Shown here piece after piece: positions 52,285-58,984 of a stretch of DNA of 58,984 nucleotides. A program made the translations under genes and the position numbers. Origin of the DNA: Octopus bimaculoides (taxonomy: Eukaryota); contig NC_069004.1 in assembly GCF_001194135.2 (NCBI RefSeq), positions 24,675,047-24,734,030 of the forward strand. The letters run 5' to 3'. How positions within the stretch are numbered: position 1 is the first letter of the stretch; the number at the start of each line of letters is the position of its first letter. A model generated the notes under the pieces. That model saw only the letters and a list, made by a program, of their open reading frames with translations, had not been told where the DNA came from and did not search any database.

Positions 52285-53531
52285 NNNNNNNNNNNNNNNN
52301 NNNNNNNNNNNNNNNNNNNNNNNNNNNNNNNNNNNNNNNNNNNNNNNNNNNNNNNNNNNNNNNNNNNNNNNNNNNNNNNNNNNNNNNNNNNNNNNNNNNN
52401 NNNNNNNNNNNNNNNNNNNNNNNNNNNNNNNNNNNNNNNNNNNNNNNNNNNNNNNNNNNNNNNNNNNNNNNNNNNNNNNNNNNNNNNNNNNNNNNNNNNN
52501 NNNNNNNNNNNNNNNNNNNNNNNNNNNNNNNNNNNNNNNNNNNNNNNNNNNNNNNNNNNNNNNNNNNNNNNNNNNNNNNNNNNNNNNNNNNNNNNNNNNN
52601 NNNNNNNNNNNNNNNNNNNNNNNNNNNNNNNNNNNNNNNNNNNNNNNNNNNNNNNNNNNNNNNNNNNNNNNNNNNNNNNNNNNNNNNNNNNNNNNNNNNN
52701 NNNNNNNNNNNNNNNNNNNNNNNNNNNNNNNNNNNNNNNNNNNNNNNNNNNNNNNNNNNNNNNNNNNNNNNNNNNNNNNNNNNNNNNNNNNNNNNNNNNN
52801 NNNNNNNNNNNNNNNNNNNNNNNNNNNNNNNNNATATATATATATATATACACATGCATGATGTATGCATGCAATGTATGTATGTAATATATGTAATGTA
52901 TGTGTGTATGTATGTATGAATTCCATTCCTGTCATCTTTGCTTTTAACGCTAAAATTTTTAGAGATCTAAATACCACACACACTTAAGAATGTTCTTCAT
53001 ACATTTTTACATTGTTTATGTCGATTTGTTATGTGAGAACAACACAACAACAAAATTTTCATTGTTACAAACGACACCAAGACAAAAAAAAAAAATAACA
53101 ATAAATAAACAAAATGACTATGCTCTTCAGTAGAAAAAACAAAACAAAACAGAAGAACGAAGAACATGGCTGTGATTGGAGAATATTTTTAGACAAAAGA
53201 AACTGGAAGAAGAATGGTGTATCCTTAGTTTTCGTATGGCACTTACAATTTGATTCATTGATTTTTTTTTCGACATCTTTTAAATTTCCTAATAAGATTT
53301 AAACCTCATTATTTGTGAAGTACCATGATTATATGAAGAAAAAGTAGAAATATTTCATACAATATGAGCTATGAAGTGGTATGGTATACTAAAAAAATAC
53401 TTTAAAAACATTTTTATATCTCTTTTGAGACTAATATAAAACGGTGTTCTTATAGGTTGTTTATTTTTACAAATTCTCTGTTTCATTCTTCTTTTCCTCC
53501 CTTCTCCCTCCTTCATACACACACTCATACA

Positions 53532-53587
<56 letters not shown>

Positions 53588-53667
53588 CATATCTCTCTCC
53601 TTCTCCCTCTCTCTCTATATGTATACCTATCTATGTATATGTATGTATATATATATCAATAACTATA

Positions 53668-53701
<34 letters not shown>

Positions 53702-53877
53702 TCTGTACATGTACGTATATATATATGTATATACATATATATAAATAATATATATATATATATATGCATGCATATATATAATTTTATATATATATGCATA
53801 TATATATAAAAATAATATATATATGCATACATATATATAAGTACATATATATATGTACATATATATATCTACATATA

Positions 53878-53912
<35 letters not shown>

Positions 53913-54696
53913 NNNNNNNNNNNNNNNNNNNNNNNNNNNNNNNNNNNNNNNNNNNNNNNNNNNNNNNNNNNNNNNNNNNNNNNNNNNNNNNNNNNNNNNN
54001 NNNNNNNNNNNNNNNNNNNNNNNNNNNNNNNNNNNNNNNNNNNNNNNNNNNNNNNNNNNNNNNNNNNNNNNNNNNNNNNNNNNNNNNNNNNNNNNNNNNN
54101 NNNNNNNNNNNNNNNNNNNNNNNNNNNNNNNNNNNNNNNNNNNNNNNNNNNNNNNNNNNNNNNNNNNNNNNNNNNNNNNNNNNNNNNNNNNNNNNNNNNN
54201 NNNNNNNNNNNNNNNNNNNNNNNNNNNNNNNNNNNNNNNNNNNNNNNNNNNNNNNNNNNNNNNNNNNNNNNNNNNNNNNNNNNNNNNNNNNNNNNNNNNN
54301 NNNNNNNNNNNNNNNNNNNNNNNNNNNNNNNNNNNNNNNNNNNNNNNNNNNNNNNNNNNNNNNNNNNNNNNNNNNNNNNNNNNNNNNNNNNNNNNNNNNN
54401 NNNNNNNNNNNNNNNNNNNNNNNNNNNNNNNNNNNNNNNNNNNNNNNNNNNNNNNNNNNNNNNNNNNNNNNNNNNNNNNNNNNNNNNNNNNNNNNNNNNN
54501 NNNNNNNNNNNNNNNNNNNNNNNNNNNNNNNNNNNNNNNNNNNNNNNNNNNNNNNNNNNNNNNNNNNNNNNNNNNNNNNNNNNNNNNNNNNNNNNNNNNN
54601 NNNNNNNNNNNNNNNNNNNNNNNNNNNNNNNNNNNNNNNNNNNNNNNNNNNNNTATATATGTATGTATATATATATATATACATACATATATACGT

Positions 54697-55106
54697 AGGA
54701 GTGGCTGTGTGGCAAGTAGCTTGCCTACAACCACATGGTTCTGGGTTCAGTCCCCCGCGTTGCACCTTGGGCAAGTGTCTTCTACTATAGCCTCGGGCCG
54801 ACCAATGCCTTGTGAGTGGATTTGGTAGACGGAAAGTGAAAGAAGCCCGTCGTATATATATGTATGTATATATATATATATGTGTGTGTGTGTATATGTT
54901 TGCGTGTCTGTGTTTATCCCCCAACATCGCTTGACAACCGATGCTGGTGTGTTTACGTCCCCGTAACTTAGCGGCTCGGCAAAAGAGACCGATAGAATAA
55001 GTACTAGGCTTCCAAAGAATAAGTCGTGGGGTCGATTTGCTCGACTAAAGGTGGTGCTCCAGCATGGCCACAGTCAAATGACTGAAACAAGTAAAAGAAT
55101 AAAAGA
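54697..55106 (+). mobile_element. SINE family A, full length, young
   Basis: Near identical to 34651-35075. Confidence 0.9.
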
Positions 55107-55133
55107 TGCATATATATGTTTGTATGTATGCAT

Positions 55134-55194
<61 letters not shown>

Positions 55195-55254
55195 TATACA
55201 TATATACATACATACATACACGCATACATATATACTTACAAGCTTGCATACATA

Positions 55255-55365
55255 TGTGGAGTGCTCAGCCACTTTCACTAATGTGCAAGTGGCTGAGCAA
55301 GCTGTTCCATTGATCGGATCAACTGGAACCCTCGTCGCCGCAACCGACGGAGTGCCACAACAACA
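55255..55365 (+). mobile_element. SINE family C 3-prime fragment with internal fold-back
   Basis: TGTGGAGTGCTCAGCCACTT..GATCGGATCAACTGGAACCCTCGTCG..GACGGAGTGCCACAACAAC. Confidence 0.8.
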
Positions 55366-55459
55366 TCTGTTTAGTCCTGAATTATATCTGTGCTTTAAAA
55401 TCGTGTGCATGTCTGTGTACGTATGTACATACATACATATGTACATACGCTGAACTATT

Positions 55460-55910
55460 GAAAAATTTGCAGATTACAAGTTTAGGTTTATACCTGTAAT
55501 TATTGGGGCTCTGACATATATAACACACTATCTAAATACCAGTCTTGAGGAGTTAGGCTTCTCAAAGCCAGAAAGGGTAAAGCTGACTCGAAGACTACAG
55601 ATCCAATCCATCGCTGAAACTAAAAATTTGTAAAACTTTCCAGAAGTTTATCATTTAGATATATATGAACATGTTTAGACGTGCAACTATATGCATGAGA
55701 ATACATGCATTAACAAAGCATATAAATGTGCATATATACGTACATACAAAAATACCCCGTTGTTGATGTTGAAATTCCAATGAGACTTGGAAGGTATGTT
55801 GGAAGACTTCGGCCTTGGATCTAGGTTAGAAACCGGCTCTTTCCCTATTGGCAAAAAATCTTGAAATAAAACTGAATATTGACATACATACATACATACA
55901 TACATACGTA
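55460..55910 (+). mobile_element. R4/Dong-like LINE 3-prime end (ORF C-terminus, 3-prime UTR, (TACA)n tail)
   Basis: YKFRFIPVIIGALTYITHYLNTSLEELGFS..LQIQSIA/KICKTFQKFII*, then a UTR ending in GACATACATACATAC. Confidence 0.6.
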
Positions 55911-56599
55911 TGGTGACTGAAAATTCATGTTAGATCATTGCCATTACCTGATCGAAAGTCCCACACATGCGATGGCTACGACCAGCCATTTTTCTGATAG
56001 GTCTTAGTATTTTTTTTCTTTCAAGCGATTCCTGTGCATGATTTTTTTTTTATAGTGGGGAAAGGATTTGCACAAATCCAATCCCACTCTCTGAACATGG
56101 ACAACATAAACTCGAGAAGAAGAATATTGTCAATGTCGCAGGCTTTCTCTCAGTTTCCCTCTCCTGGAGAGATGTTGTGAGAACAACAGAGGGCCCTCCC
56201 ACTCCCAGTGGGTCAACCAGGCGCCTGGACACCAACGCTGGTATTTCTAAGTCCCCGTGCATACATACACATGTACATGTATTGTTGGATGGCCGTTGAC
56301 TGAGCATGAGCTCTTCCGCCCTTTGACAAGTCTTATTTTTCGTCCTGCAATGTCCAACAATCACCCTCCACACCAAGCAAGCTTGACGGTGTTGCCAGCT
56401 TAATCCCAGACGACCCGACCATGCAACAAATTGTACTGGGTTACATGTTACCAGTAGCGCCCAATAGGAAACTAAAGAGGAATTGAACAATAAAAATTAG
56501 GGTTTACAATTTCTACGGATATTAAAGTTGTTAACAGTTTTATTGCATGTTATCTTAGAAGCAGCATTTTATCTTTGGAATACTGAGACGCACTTGCAG

Positions 56600-56790
56600 G
56601 CAAAGAACTGGCAGAGTTGTTAGCAGACCGAGAAAGAGGCTTAGTGGCTTTTTTGTTTCTCTCTACATTCTGAGTTCAAATTCCACTGAGGTTGACTTTG
56701 CTTTTCATCTTTTTGGAGTCGATAAAGTAGGTAGCTGTTGACCACTAGGGTCGATTTAATCAACTTGGTCCCTCCCGCAAAATGTGAAGG
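56600..56790 (+). mobile_element. SINE family B
   Basis: GAACTGGCAGAGTTGTTAGCA..TTCTGAGTTCAAATTCC..GTTGACTTTGCTTTTCATC. Confidence 0.8.
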
Positions 56791-57984
56791 CAATATCGAG
56801 ATGCATCGAGATGCACTGGTAAAAGGGGTTTCATCTGAGGTTACACTAGATAAGCAGATGCTGATGTTTTTTACTTGATTCTTCATAAATTAAAATGCGT
56901 GGCTGAAGATTTGTTGGTTTCCGTTGGATTTTTCGAAAGGAGAATATTATCTATAGCAGAGACTTGCTAAGTCTCTATAGCAGAGACTTAGCACAATAGA
57001 GAAAGTTTTGACAGTGTTTAGGTTTGTATCCAGTGTTCTTAGGTTTATTTCTTTAAAGAAGTCGATGAGATTTTTCTCCCCTAAAAGTATCATAATGTTG
57101 ATATTTCGTGTCTTATAATGTTCTGAAGACATCGTCACATTATATATTTCCCATTGTAAGTTGTTGGTTATTTGTGTAATGCATGAGTAATAAATGATGT
57201 GTTCGGTGGTGGAAGAGAATATTCAACATTTTACGAATTTGTCACAAAAACTGTTTAGAGATTTCCAAAGAATATTTATGTTTTAGCTTCGCATTTTTTA
57301 TGAGCAAGTGAATTATTTACAAATTTGAATACGTCTTTAAGTGAAATATTATTGTCTAATCAGTGTTGATATGTTGAAACATGAAGACAATTGGAATTTT
57401 TTATTATATCTTTTTAATTTGTAGCTAGTTTATAGATTTGATTGTTTAGGAACTAGAATGTGTTATTCAAGTGAAATATAGTTGTCTAATAAACGTGGAT
57501 TTATTGACAAAAAATGCATATTTATTGTTATTAATCTATAACTCTTTTTGTGAACTAGTGCAATCCATTATGTTCTTATCGCCGTCTAAATTTACCACAC
57601 AAGCTTCCTTATCAGGTGGCAATTTATCTTTTTAATGTTTGTTATCCCCTTTTCCAACCCCTCGCTGGTTTATCACTTTTCTCCAACTTAAATTTCAATG
57701 TGAAAGAGTGTGAATTAAGCTCAATTTTTTTTCTTTTCTTTTGGCATGGATAAAGATGAGGTTTTAAATATATCTTTAAGGCGAAAACAGCAATTTTTGA
57801 AAATTTGTTGAAAGTTCCCTTCCTCAATCGAATGCGTTATAAAGAAGACAATAATTATACAGATTTCAACTGAGTCTTTGATACCCATCAGCACCTCAAA
57901 TGATGGATGGTGATCTTTTATTATCCATAAATAAGGTCTTGTCAAAAGAAAGCAGTAATCTTCTTGCGTACAATATCTGTTATT

Positions 57985-58164
57985 TTTCTACTTGTTTCAG
58001 TCATTAGACTGCGGCCATGCTGGGGCACCGCCTTGAAGAACTTTAATCGGAGAAATCAATCCCACTACTTATTTTTTTAATCTTAAGCCTGATACTTCAT
58101 CTATCGGTCACTTTGACAGAATCGCTAAGCTACGGCGACGTGAACACACCAATACATAAACAGA

Positions 58165-58224
<60 letters not shown>

Positions 58225-58360
58225 AGGACCGGCTTGTATAGGAGATGCTATAGCAGATGCTATAGCAGATGCTATAGCAGATGACATTTGTCTAAGGTGC
58301 TACGCAGAGGGATTGAACCAAGAACCATGTGGCTGGACAACAAACTTCCTGCCATACAGC
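57985..58360 (-). mobile_element. SINE family A with internal (CA)n and a 12-bp tandem slippage (AGATGCTATAGC x3)
   Basis: Tail at about 57985-58150, (CA)n, head at about 58230-58360. Confidence 0.8.
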
Positions 58361-58630
58361 TACAACTGACACCATATGTTCTTGATTCCCTAGTCGGTGG
58401 TTATGTTTTAACTTTTTGCGAAGATAAATGCTTTTAAAAAGTAAAGGATTAGATATGGAAGGGTGACTGAAGCTTCGTTGATGCATAATATTTTTAATGC
58501 ACAGAGGAAATCTACGATTTCAAATTGCAAAAATTTCTTAATATTTGCGAACCATTTACTAATAGTTGTTGCGTTGCTTCATAGAGGCAGATTCGTTATT
58601 TTGTTGATACTTATTATTATTATTATTATT

Positions 58631-58845
58631 TTATGTTTGACTTTTGTTTTGCATTTGTACAAGTTGGATCCAAGTCTCACCCAGAGACCTCAAGAGACAA
58701 CAAGTTAGAAGTTCATGTAGGTGTTATGCCTAGGGTACCATATATTTGGATTTGTACAGTTTTGTTCAAGTGAATGTTTAAGAAACCATAAGAAAATTAT
58801 GTTTGCTTTAAAATTTGAGATCACATAGACAGTATTTTACGTAGG
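58631..58845 (-). mobile_element. Probable truncated retroposon 3-prime end inserted within (TAA)n
   Basis: Non-microsatellite segment bounded by (TTA)n at 58611-58630 and (ATT)n at 58846-58860; family identity is inferred. Confidence 0.4.
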
Positions 58846-58930
58846 ATTATTATTATTATTATAAATAAATAAACAACCTAATCCCAGTGTAAGACCGCCA
58901 TCAGTAGAACGAACAAGAAACTATAAACTA

Positions 58931-58977
<47 letters not shown>

Positions 58978-58984
58978 TAATAAT

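Noticed and set aside
56950-56995. Direct-plus-inverted micro-repeat TCTATAGCAGAGACTT around AGAGACTT-GCT-AAGTCTCT
   Set aside because: Most simply a local slippage duplication inside probable TE debris; no further support.

Overview
AT-rich, microsatellite-saturated eukaryotic scaffold with many N gaps. The repeat families resemble those of an octopus (coleoid cephalopod) genome; this is inferred from recall, not a database match. Only one convincing protein-coding gene is visible, on the + strand: a probably secreted chitin deacetylase of about 537 aa. Exon 1 (27111-27747) encodes a signal-like N-terminus, an atypical six-Cys chitin-binding (CBM14/peritrophin-A-like) domain and a charge-bipartite linker. 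A phase-compatible 17.8-kb intron joins it to a single 977-nt exon (45544-46520) encoding the whole CE4 deacetylase domain with its catalytic motifs intact. The rest is transposon debris: at least four tRNA-derived SINE families, RLE-type LINE fossils (CRE-like, HERO-like, R4/Dong-like), Tc1/mariner and Chapaev3-like remnants, and Penelope-type ends. The most notable non-coding signals are minimal hammerhead-ribozyme-like motifs (one in the sense strand of the gene's intron), several long fold-back hairpins and inverted SINE pairs in or near the gene, and retroposon insertions into (TAA)n tracts. Nearly all other entries in the ORF track are microsatellite or N-gap artefacts.
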